Part shown: positions 9,954 to 18,990 of the stretch, piece by piece
Layout of the letters: each line of letters starts with the position of its first letter
Numbering within the stretch: the first letter of the stretch is position 1
NCBI GenBank assembly: GCA_963699255.1
Contig: OY969425.1
Location: 450,001-482,000, forward strand
DNA from: an uncultured bacterium
Lineage (GTDB): Bacteria; Margulisbacteria; WOR-1; CAVSGV01
Direction of reading: 5' to 3'
Length of the DNA: 32,000 bases
Translations under genes and position numbers: made by a program
Notes under the pieces: generated by a model
Seen by the model: the letters and a program-made list of their open reading frames with translations, nothing else
The model's database searches: none
Told to the model about the DNA's origin: nothing

Positions 9954-12287
9954 GTGAGCACCGCGGAACCGCTAATAACTAACAGAGCGTTGATAAGACA
10001 AGCCCTTTCCCTTAACAGGACGGAATACAAAAAATTCAAAACACAGCATATAAATGATCCTGTGATGAACAAGGAACACCAAATATGGAACATTAGCTCG
10101 AACGCCGCCAAATTCCTTTATGATGCCTTTGGTAACCATAAAGCAGTTGTAGCCGCATTGCTGATGCCCGTTGAAAGAAATAAGATCAAGGAAATCGACC
10201 AATCCCTGTATTCCATCATAACAGCATATGACAAGATGATGGATTTCACCGTCCCGACCAAACCTGACGCGTCTATTATAAATAATCACTACAAAATGCT
10301 TATTGCTGATCCGTTACTGAGAGGAAAGTTTTCCGGAGAAGACCTTTTAAGCGCCCATTTTTTGATGTTCGGCATGATGCAAAGCACCCTAAAAAAAGGG
10401 ATACCGGTGATCGAGCTCTTTTACAGGGATCCGCTCATACTGTCGCAAATGGCGCTTTCCACGGCAAAGCTTTTGAACCGGTTTCAAAAAGATCTCGAAG
10501 CTTGCCAGTTGAAAGACGCGGCACTTAACATAATCAACCCCGACTTATACAAATTTGCGGAAGAACATGGTTACAATGATATACCGGAGTTCGTTTTGCT
10601 GAAAAAAAAGGATGAATTGCTGGCCGAACTAAGTAATAAATGCACGGAAGTATTTCAATATCAGGAGGGTTTCAGTTTCGAGGTTAAAGGAAGGCTGAAA
10701 GCGCGCCAGAGCATAGTGGACAAAATGGAAAAGAAAAAAGGTAAAAAGGTCCTTGATATTCTGGGCCTCAAAGTGATCGTTCATTGCCCGCATGGTCCAA
10801 GCCAGATCAGGGCACTTGAGGAAGCGCTAAAGGCGGCTAAAATAGATGAACAAAAAAGTGAAATAAAAAGACTCTATAAGGAAAGCTCTGATCAGCTTTA
10901 TTATCTAAGATCAGCAATATACTCTTACGCTCAAAAGAATGGTTGGATAATAAATAAAAAAGAATCTGATAATTATGTGGCGAAACACAAGGAAAACGGA
11001 TATCAGGCATTGCACGATAATTATCAGATCAAAATAGGGAATAATGCCATCACGGTCGAGATCCAGCTTCTCACGGATCAGATGTACCACTATAACAACA
11101 CGATAGCAAGCCACGATGAATACAAGGGAGGAGAGGGGCTAAAAGGGGATTATGCGCCAAATGAGACAAATAAGATGTTTGACGAGATCCAAAACGACCT
11201 CTCACCTAATGTTTACGCGTTCGTCAAAGAAGAAAATGACATATCCGGGCCATATGAGTTATGCCCGAAAGAAAATTCCTATGGGATGCCGCTTGACTTG
11301 CTTTCCCACATTAATTCTTACGACTCGCAGCGTTTTTATATATATCAGCAGGGCAGGGAATCACTCATAAAAAGTGATGACAGGGTCAGGAATGGATCTG
11401 TTATAGGGGGTAAGGGAAAAGCCAATCCAGGAATGGGAAGGATCGAAAAACTTTACGGTACGGAGACCGGAAAGAACGCGGCTCGATTTAATTTGGACAG
11501 CAAAGCCTTGAAGGAAAGTGAAATCCTGGCCATGGAAAGGAACGGAAAAACTTTCCTTGACAATTTGATCAGCAATGGGAGCAACGGCCGGGAAAACGGA
11601 ACAAATGGCGGATCAAACGTTGTTTTCCTTGAAAATCATTTTCTTGACGAATTAAAATATAATGATATTGTCACCGCTTATTTTTATATTGGCAAAAATG
11701 AGACTTTTCGCGAGAAACTAAAAAATGAAAAAAACAAATATCTGCTAAATTATACGTTTGATGCTGAAAAGGGGAAGATCACTTTTAGCGGGCATAACGA
11801 CTCGCTCTTTGTAAGGGCCATCATGAGGTATTTAGCCGACACGAACCGCAGCATGAGATCCGTGCGCCAGTCCCCTGACGGGGATAAGATGATCTTCACC
11901 GCCGAATTGGACAACTTCTCAAAAGAGGACCTTATGAAATTGACGGAGTATCTGAAAAAAACAGGCAACGTCAGAAAGCTATATAATAACCTGCCCGCAA
12001 AAACCGTCATTGATAAGAAGCTGAAGATCACGTTCAAAAGCGATGAACCGGGAATGATCTACAAGGTATATTTGTTATTATGCAAGAATAGTTGTTATAT
12101 ATCCTCGTTCGAATCCGGCGAAACGGCGCCGGGAACCAGCGCCTCGGCTGATTTTATGGTAAAGTTCCCCGGTAAATTCAACGATGAAAAATACAAACAG
12201 CTGCTAAATGAAATAAAGGACCTCCCTGACGCGTATGTTAAGAGGGCCAGATTAGACGTGACAAAGGGCGTTACTTTCGAAGTTTGA
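9954..12287 (+). CDS. Divergent RelA/SpoT-domain (RSH-like) protein with a possible degenerate HD-like N-terminus and a long C-terminal region
   Basis: Synthetase-like motifs: GRLKARQSIVDKMEKKKGKKVLDILGLKVIVHC, DNYVAKHKENGYQALHDNYQI, VEIQLLTDQMYHYNNTIASHDEYKGG. N-terminal KAVVAALLMPVERNKIKEIDQSLYSIITAYDKM resembles RSH HD-domain helices. GTG start. Confidence 0.78.
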   Translation: MSTAEPLITNRALIRQALSLNRTEYKKFKTQHINDPVMNKEHQIWNISSNAAKFLYDAFGNHKAVVAALLMPVERNKIKEIDQSLYSIITAYDKMMDFTVPTKPDASIINNHYKMLIADPLLRGKFSGEDLLSAHFLMFGMMQSTLKKGIPVIELFYRDPLILSQMALSTAKLLNRFQKDLEACQLKDAALNIINPDLYKFAEEHGYNDIPEFVLLKKKDELLAELSNKCTEVFQYQEGFSFEVKGRLKARQSIVDKMEKKKGKKVLDILGLKVIVHCPHGPSQIRALEEALKAAKIDEQKSEIKRLYKESSDQLYYLRSAIYSYAQKNGWIINKKESDNYVAKHKENGYQALHDNYQIKIGNNAITVEIQLLTDQMYHYNNTIASHDEYKGGEGLKGDYAPNETNKMFDEIQNDLSPNVYAFVKEENDISGPYELCPKENSYGMPLDLLSHINSYDSQRFYIYQQGRESLIKSDDRVRNGSVIGGKGKANPGMGRIEKLYGTETGKNAARFNLDSKALKESEILAMERNGKTFLDNLISNGSNGRENGTNGGSNVVFLENHFLDELKYNDIVTAYFYIGKNETFREKLKNEKNKYLLNYTFDAEKGKITFSGHNDSLFVRAIMRYLADTNRSMRSVRQSPDGDKMIFTAELDNFSKEDLMKLTEYLKKTGNVRKLYNNLPAKTVIDKKLKITFKSDEPGMIYKVYLLLCKNSCYISSFESGETAPGTSASADFMVKFPGKFNDEKYKQLLNEIKDLPDAYVKRARLDVTKGVTFEV

Positions 12288-12327
12288 AGCGATTATTTGC
12301 TTTCTTGCAAGTCTCCCTCAAAAATAA

Positions 12328-13617
<1,290 letters not shown>

Positions 13618-13623
13618 GAAATT

Positions 13624-13744
13624 GGGGAATTAGGAAATTTGGAACAAAGTTTAGGAATACAGGAAAACGGGAAATTGGTTACCCATTTTCCATATCCCCT
13701 TTTCCCTAAACTCATTTCCTCTATTCCTGTCCTTCCATATTTCC
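13624..13744. repeat. Quasi-periodic GGAA-rich arm followed by TTCC-rich arm (imperfect long inverted repeat) between purA and queC
   Basis: Left arm GGAATTAGGAAATTTGGAACAAAGTTTAGGAATACAGGAAAACGGGAAATTGG; right arm CCCATTTTCCATATCCCCTTTTCCCTAAACTCATTTCCTCTATTCCTGTCCTTCC. TTTAGG/CCTAAA-type segments are complementary. Confidence 0.55.
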
Positions 13745-13772
13745 TTAGTAATAATTTTGATCGGATAAAAAT

Positions 13773-14441
13773 ATGATTAAGAAAGCCATTGTACTGCTCT
13801 CAGGCGGGCTTGACTCAACGACCACCCTCTATTACGCAAAGAGCAAAGGATATGAATGCCGCGCGCTGATATTCGATTACGGCCAGAGGCATAAACGGGA
13901 GATCCGTTCAGCGGTTGCGGTGGCGAAGCGCGCCTATATACCGTATCAGATATTAAAGATCAAGCTGCCCTGGAGGGGATCGGCGCTTCTTGATGCCGGA
14001 TACAGGATGCCAGAACGATCATTGAAAAAAATCGGCAAAGGGATACCTTCGACATATGTTCCCGGCAGAAATACGATCTTTCTGAGTTTCGCGGTTTCTT
14101 ATGCAGAAGCTATCGGCGCGAAAGCTATCTTTATCGGCGCGAACGCGATAGATTTCAGCGGATATCCTGATTGCAGGCCGGGATATTACAGGGCTTTCCG
14201 GAGCGTTATCGGCAAAGGGACGAAAGCAAAGAACATAAGGATCATAACGCCGTTGATTAAATTGAAGAAATCGCAGATAATAAAGCTCGGACTTAGGCTC
14301 GGCGCGCCTCTCGACCTGACATGGTCATGCTACAGGGGCGGAAGGCGGCCGTGCGGCGTGTGCGACAGCTGCAGGCTGCGTGAAAGGGGATTCAGGGAAA
14401 TTGTTAAGGAACCCGCGACTAAACGTCGCGGTTCCAAATAA
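13773..14441 (+). CDS. queC: 7-cyano-7-deazaguanine synthase
   Basis: KKAIVLLSGGLDSTTTLYYAKSKGYECRALIFDYGQRHKREI (PP-loop SGGxDS) and C-terminal Zn-binding cysteines in LTWSCYRGGRRPCGVCDSCRLRERGF. Confidence 0.95.
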   Translation: MIKKAIVLLSGGLDSTTTLYYAKSKGYECRALIFDYGQRHKREIRSAVAVAKRAYIPYQILKIKLPWRGSALLDAGYRMPERSLKKIGKGIPSTYVPGRNTIFLSFAVSYAEAIGAKAIFIGANAIDFSGYPDCRPGYYRAFRSVIGKGTKAKNIRIITPLIKLKKSQIIKLGLRLGAPLDLTWSCYRGGRRPCGVCDSCRLRERGFREIVKEPATKRRGSK

Positions 14442-14487
14442 TCATATCGGTATGAACAGTATTAGCAGAACCCATGAAGATATAAAG

Positions 14488-14513
14488 GAGCCGAGGCGTT
14501 TAGCCTCAGGCTC
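14488..14513 (+). promoter_or_regulatory. Intergenic hairpin (10-bp stem with a single bulged A) upstream of the Amj-like gene
   Basis: GAGCC-GAGGC-gttta-GCCTC-a-GGCTC, directly visible. The SD and ATG (14528) follow the hairpin. Confidence 0.55.
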
Positions 14514-14527
14514 ATAGGAAATTAAAT

Positions 14528-15346
14528 ATGAATCCGTTGATATTTGTCTGTGTATTCACGGGAATAATACATTTCATCGAGACGATCGCGTCCTCGATGA
14601 GGCTTGCGGGGGTGCGGACAAAGAACATCGCCACATCGCTTTCGTTCGTCAACGCCACGCTTCTCGTATCAAGGCTCTCGAACATGCTCCAGGCCCCCAT
14701 TCTTGGAGGGATGGTGGATTCTGCGATACTGAAGCACGACACCTCAATTCTTCTCAGCCAGTTCAGGATGGTGGTGTTCGCGGCGTTCATCGGCAATCTG
14801 GTCGGGGCGGCGCTTGTCCCGTTCTTCGTCTCGGTCTTCACGGAGGGCATAGCAGAATTCGAGAAGATCGGGTCGCTTCCAAGGCTTTTGCTGGGGACCT
14901 TTCATCCTAAGAACATCGCTTCCATGGCGAAGAAATTCAGGCTGCCGTCAAAGAAGACATTCTCAAGGCTTAGCCTTCACAACCTGCCGAAATGGTTCAT
15001 CTTCTGGAACCTCCTTATGGTCTCGATATACGCCATCGGAGTGCTTGCGTCGCTCTATGCCGGAGCGAGAGTTCCCGAGTACAGGGTAACGGCCACGCAG
15101 CTTTCAGGGATAGTCAACGGCATCGCGACGATACTTCTGACCCTGCTGGTGGACCCCACCTGCGCCCTTTTAACGGACCAGGCGATAAAGGGGAAAAGGA
15201 AAGAGGACGACGTAAGGACAATGGTCTTTTACATCATCGCGGGCAGATTGCTCGGGACCCTTATGATCTCGCAGCTCATATTCCTGCCGGCATCCGATTA
15301 TATAATGAACGTTACCCTGCTCGTTAAGAGGATGTTCGGGCAATAG
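14528..15346 (+). CDS. amj: Amj-like alternative lipid II flippase (YdaH/DUF2837 family)
   Basis: Multi-TM protein: FVCVFTGIIHFIETIASSMRLAGVRTKNIATSLSFVNATLLVSRLSNMLQAPILGGMVD and ATILLTLLVDPTCALLTDQAIKGKR, matching my recollection of the Amj/YdaH family. Confidence 0.8.
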   Translation: MNPLIFVCVFTGIIHFIETIASSMRLAGVRTKNIATSLSFVNATLLVSRLSNMLQAPILGGMVDSAILKHDTSILLSQFRMVVFAAFIGNLVGAALVPFFVSVFTEGIAEFEKIGSLPRLLLGTFHPKNIASMAKKFRLPSKKTFSRLSLHNLPKWFIFWNLLMVSIYAIGVLASLYAGARVPEYRVTATQLSGIVNGIATILLTLLVDPTCALLTDQAIKGKRKEDDVRTMVFYIIAGRLLGTLMISQLIFLPASDYIMNVTLLVKRMFGQ

Positions 15347-15355
15347 AAAAAATAG

Positions 15356-15385
15356 CAATTCACAATGACACAATGAACAACAATG
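15356..15385 (+). repeat. Left flanking low-complexity repeat of the four-helix-bundle gene
   Basis: CAATTCACAATGACACAATGAACAACAATG. Imperfectly inverted relative to 15838-15860. Confidence 0.55.
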
Positions 15386-15434
15386 TTGCCTCGCTTACGC
15401 TCGGCGGTTAATATATAATAATGCACAATCAACT

Positions 15435-15800
15435 ATGAAATTCGACATTAGAGACAGATCTAAAAAGTTCGCTATAAGAGTAATTAAACTTATTAATAAG
15501 TTCTCAAAGGAACTGGCTTTACAGGAGATCGCGCATCAGTTGGTCAGATCTGCCTGCTCGATAGGCGCTAATCTTGAAGAGGCAGATGCTGCTTCTTCGC
15601 GAAAAGATTTCTTCCATAAAGTATCGATTTCTTATAAAGAAGCGAAAGAAACAAGATATTGGCTTGACTTGATCCTTGAAGCAGAACTGCTTAAGAACCA
15701 ATCAAATATAAAAGAGGCTGAAGCTTTGCGCAACGAAGCTATTGAATTAAGCAGGATCTTATTTACGATTTTTGAAAAGAAGGATAAAAATAATTGTTAA
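15435..15800 (+). CDS. Four-helix-bundle protein (23S rRNA intervening-sequence protein / IVP family)
   Basis: VIKLINKFSKELALQEIAHQLVRSACSIGANLEEADAASSRKDFFHKVSISYKEAKETRYWLDLI carries the family signature (R.A.SI.aNi.Ea..a.s..df..kl.iA.gea.Et.yWL.l). Confidence 0.92.
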   Translation: MKFDIRDRSKKFAIRVIKLINKFSKELALQEIAHQLVRSACSIGANLEEADAASSRKDFFHKVSISYKEAKETRYWLDLILEAELLKNQSNIKEAEALRNEAIELSRILFTIFEKKDKNNC

Positions 15801-15819
15801 AGAGTAATAATTTTGATGA

Positions 15820-15834
15820 TGTCGCGGAGCGACA
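15820..15834. repeat. Perfect 6-bp hairpin TGTCGC-GGA-GCGACA
   Basis: Directly read; lies just upstream of the right flanking repeat. Confidence 0.6.
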
Positions 15835-15839
15835 CTTTG

Positions 15840-15860
15840 TTGTTAATTGTTAATTGTGAA
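15840..15860 (+). repeat. Three tandem heptamers TTGTTAA-TTGTTAA-TTGTGAA
   Basis: Directly read between the four-helix-bundle gene and ribF. Confidence 0.7.
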
Positions 15861-15872
15861 ATTATTAATTAA

Positions 15873-16802
15873 ATGAAGATAATCAAATTTAATGAACATA
15901 TAAAAACCAGATCGATCGTTTTAGCCCTTGGCAACTTTGACGGCGTCCACGCAGGCCATCAAAAACTGATCCTTGAGGCGCTAAGATTTGCCAGAAGGAA
16001 AAAGCTTCCGTGTTTCGCGATGACTTTCGATCCGCATCCCCAGGAAGTGGTCGATCCGGGACGGGGGCTTTGTCTGCTGACCACTTTATCCGAAAGGATC
16101 GGCCTGATGCGAGGTCTGGGCGTTGACGGGGTCATGGTCAAGGAATTCAGCGAGAAGATATCAAAGCTGCCGCCTGAAAAGTTCATATATGATTTCCTGG
16201 TGAAACACCTTAAGGCCAGGAAAGTATTCATAGGCTATGATTTTGCGTTCGGCCACAAGAGGTCCGGGACCATATCCACCCTGAAGAAGCTCGGGGATAA
16301 ATACGGTTTTGCGGTCAGCGCTGTCAAGCCCGTGATGACGCACGGCCATCTCGTAAAAAGTTCCACAATACGCGACATGCTTTCCCGCGGCGACTTCAGC
16401 AAGGCGGTCAAGCTTCTGGGACATCCTTACACGATGACCGGCCTGGTCGTAAGGGGCAGGGGGAGGGGAAGGGCACTGGGGTTCCCCACGGCCAACCTTA
16501 GCATCGCACCGGACAAGCTGGTGCCCGCCCAGGGAGTATATGTGGGGCATGTCGGCAGACGCATGTGCCTTGTTAATATCGGTTCGCGGCCCACTTTCGC
16601 CGAGGAGAAGTTCGCGATAGAGGTCCACATCCCCGGCTTTCACGGCGACCTGAGGGGAAAAGTGGTCCAGGTGGACTTGTTCAAGAGACTTAGAGATGAG
16701 ATACATTTCGCGGATGTTGAAAAGCTGAAATATCAGATCAGAAAAGATATTGAAAAAGCAAAATTATTAATCCCCCGCTCGCTTCACTCGCACCCCCTTT
16801 AA
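15873..16802 (+). CDS. ribF: Bifunctional riboflavin kinase/FAD synthetase
   Basis: IVLALGNFDGVHAGHQKLI, FDPHPQEVV, FIGYDFAFGHKRSGT, VVRGRGRGRALGFPTANL, and the riboflavin kinase C-terminal domain. Confidence 0.95.
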   Translation: MKIIKFNEHIKTRSIVLALGNFDGVHAGHQKLILEALRFARRKKLPCFAMTFDPHPQEVVDPGRGLCLLTTLSERIGLMRGLGVDGVMVKEFSEKISKLPPEKFIYDFLVKHLKARKVFIGYDFAFGHKRSGTISTLKKLGDKYGFAVSAVKPVMTHGHLVKSSTIRDMLSRGDFSKAVKLLGHPYTMTGLVVRGRGRGRALGFPTANLSIAPDKLVPAQGVYVGHVGRRMCLVNIGSRPTFAEEKFAIEVHIPGFHGDLRGKVVQVDLFKRLRDEIHFADVEKLKYQIRKDIEKAKLLIPRSLHSHPL

Positions 16803-16822
16803 TAAAGGGGGAAGGGGGGATT
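16769..16822. repeat. Nested palindromic element at the 3' end of ribF; also a possible bidirectional terminator
   Basis: Outer arms AATCCCCC (16769-16776) / GGGGGATT (16815-16822). Inner arms CCCCCTTT (16793-16800) - AAT - AAAGGGGG (16804-16811). Confidence 0.65.
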
Positions 16823-16832
16823 CACGCGTTCT

Positions 16833-18989
16833 TTATTGCGTCGCCGGCAGCTCTACTGTGAAAGTCGTTCCCTCGCCGACCTTGGACTTTATCTTGACTT
16901 CCCCTTTATGCTCCTCGACGATCCTGCGCGTTATTGCGAGCCCCAGTCCGGTGCCGCCTTCCTTTGTCGTGAAGAAAGGCGCGAAGAGCTTCTTCAGGTT
17001 CTCTTCGGAGATCCCGACCCCCGTGTCCTTGATGTCGATGCACACTTTTTTAATGAAGTCGTCCACGTAATAGGTCTTAACGGTAAGGGTGCCGCCGTTC
17101 GGCATTGCCTGGGCGCCGTTCATTATCAGGTTAAGGAATATCTGCATCATCTGCTGGGGATCCACGGTCACCATCGGGACCTCGCTGAATTCCTTGACGA
17201 CCTTCACGTTAAGCTTCTTGAAGGATATCTCGGATAGCCTTATGGTCTTATCAAGGATGTCGTTTATCTGCAGAGGTTCCTTGATGAGCTTTGCGGGCTT
17301 GGCGAAGGAAACAAGGTCATTGACTATCCTGTTAAGCCGATCAATCTCAGGAGGCACTATCTGCGTGAACTTCTCCCTGAACTCGCGGTCATCGTAGCGC
17401 TCCGCCATCATCTGGACGAATAGCTGAAGCGATGTGAGGGGGTTCCTGATCTCGTGCGCTATTCCCGCGGCCATTGTCCCCAGAGCGGCTAGCTTTTCCG
17501 ACTGCACCAGCTGGTCCTTTGTCTCTTTCAGCTCCTGGAATTGTTTCATCAGGTCGCTGTACATTATGGCGTTCTCCACCGCGACCGCGGCCTGGTTGGA
17601 CAGGGTGGAGAGGAGCTGGATGTCCTCGTTCGTGTACATGTCGCCCGATTTTTTCTCGCCGATGCAGAACACGGCTACAAGCTTGTTCCCTATATACTTG
17701 CCCCTGCTGATAGAGGGGACGCATATTTGGGCGTGGAGCTGTTCCATTTCCTTTTTGATGGCGTTCAGCCGTTTTCTTTCTTCAGGCAGGATCATTTTAT
17801 TTTCAAGGGTGTGCTTTATTTCGTCCTTAAGGAGTATTCTCTTGGCTGCGAACAGGTGCTTGAATAATTCATGGTTATCGCTCAAGGCAAGCCCGAGCAG
17901 TTCCTTGCTTTTTCCCGCGAACGCTTTTACAACGTAACGGTGGCCCGCTTCTTCATAAATCAATGCTGAGGCCTCCTCCAGGAACATGTCTCTGGCAAGT
18001 ATCCTTGTTGACAGCCTGATCAGCCGGTCGATATCGGTCAACAAGCTTAACGCCTCGCTTGATTTCTTCAAGGTGTTTTGATAATCGACTTTTTTCTTGA
18101 AGAAATATTCGTTGGTGATCTCGGTAATAAAACTTTCAAGGGGTTTATAGCCGACCGCGATCGCAAAAGCGGTGATGATAGTAGCAACCCACTGGTTTAT
18201 ACCAAGAGTCGACTGGAATAGATTTTGACCCAGGAATATCAAGAAAGAATAAACGCCGACAATAGCCGCCATGAGGGTTGAATAGATAATGCCTTTTTTG
18301 ATGACAACTTCTATGTCCATGAGGCGGTGACGGACAATGGCATAACCCATCATAATACTGTAAACAACGACTAAAAAATTATCTATTGGGGGAGTTTCAA
18401 TCTTAAACACTAAAAGTAAATAGAAAAGCGCGCCTATTATTACGGTTGAATATGCTATCAATAAGTACGTCAACTGTACTTTTTTAAATCCTTCGGATTG
18501 TTTTCTAGCTTTATATAATTCATATAACCCATAAAATGAGGCAATAGTAAAGAAAAGAATATAAATATACCAAAATGGCCCTGGGGATGCTATATACCTA
18601 AATGAAATCTTGTGTGTGACTTCGGGAATGTAGATTGATCTAAAAAAGAGATTTAAGATAACGAAAAAAAACGAACAAAAATATGAACTATATATTCTGT
18701 ACTTTAATTGTTTCGCTCTATTTATTATTATTAAAATTGAATGTAAAAAAGATGATGGTGCAAACGCAGCCCCAAGATATAAGAATTTATCAATTAATAT
18801 GTTAGTCCCAGCGTCTGTAAAAGTGCTTTCCATAAAACAGCCAGACACCCAAACAGCAATTGTTATGCTTAGCCAAAGAAATACTCTATTGATTGGTGAT
18901 TTCCAATTATAAAAAAACACAAAAACCCCGACACATAATACTGTCAGCCATGCTATCAACGAGGAAAGAGAATATAATGTAAAAATCAT
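16833..18989 (-). CDS. Membrane sensor histidine kinase (N-terminal multi-TM region, GAF-like, HisKA, HATPase_c)
   Basis: H-box GTMAAGIAHEIRNPLTSLQLFVQMM, N-box MQIFLNLIMNGAQAMPNGG, DTGVGISEENLKKLFAPFFTTKEGGTGLGLAI, GAF-like IHAQICVPSISRGKYIGNKLVAVFCIGEKKSGDMYTNEDIQLLSTLSNQAAVAVENA. Confidence 0.92.
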   Translation of the reverse strand: MIFTLYSLSSLIAWLTVLCVGVFVFFYNWKSPINRVFLWLSITIAVWVSGCFMESTFTDAGTNILIDKFLYLGAAFAPSSFLHSILIIINRAKQLKYRIYSSYFCSFFFVILNLFFRSIYIPEVTHKISFRYIASPGPFWYIYILFFTIASFYGLYELYKARKQSEGFKKVQLTYLLIAYSTVIIGALFYLLLVFKIETPPIDNFLVVVYSIMMGYAIVRHRLMDIEVVIKKGIIYSTLMAAIVGVYSFLIFLGQNLFQSTLGINQWVATIITAFAIAVGYKPLESFITEITNEYFFKKKVDYQNTLKKSSEALSLLTDIDRLIRLSTRILARDMFLEEASALIYEEAGHRYVVKAFAGKSKELLGLALSDNHELFKHLFAAKRILLKDEIKHTLENKMILPEERKRLNAIKKEMEQLHAQICVPSISRGKYIGNKLVAVFCIGEKKSGDMYTNEDIQLLSTLSNQAAVAVENAIMYSDLMKQFQELKETKDQLVQSEKLAALGTMAAGIAHEIRNPLTSLQLFVQMMAERYDDREFREKFTQIVPPEIDRLNRIVNDLVSFAKPAKLIKEPLQINDILDKTIRLSEISFKKLNVKVVKEFSEVPMVTVDPQQMMQIFLNLIMNGAQAMPNGGTLTVKTYYVDDFIKKVCIDIKDTGVGISEENLKKLFAPFFTTKEGGTGLGLAITRRIVEEHKGEVKIKSKVGEGTTFTVELPATQ

Positions 18990-18990
18990 T

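Noticed and set aside
15435-15800. 23S rRNA intervening sequence inside an rRNA gene
   Set aside because: Despite the family name, there is no rRNA sequence around this gene; it sits between amj and ribF.
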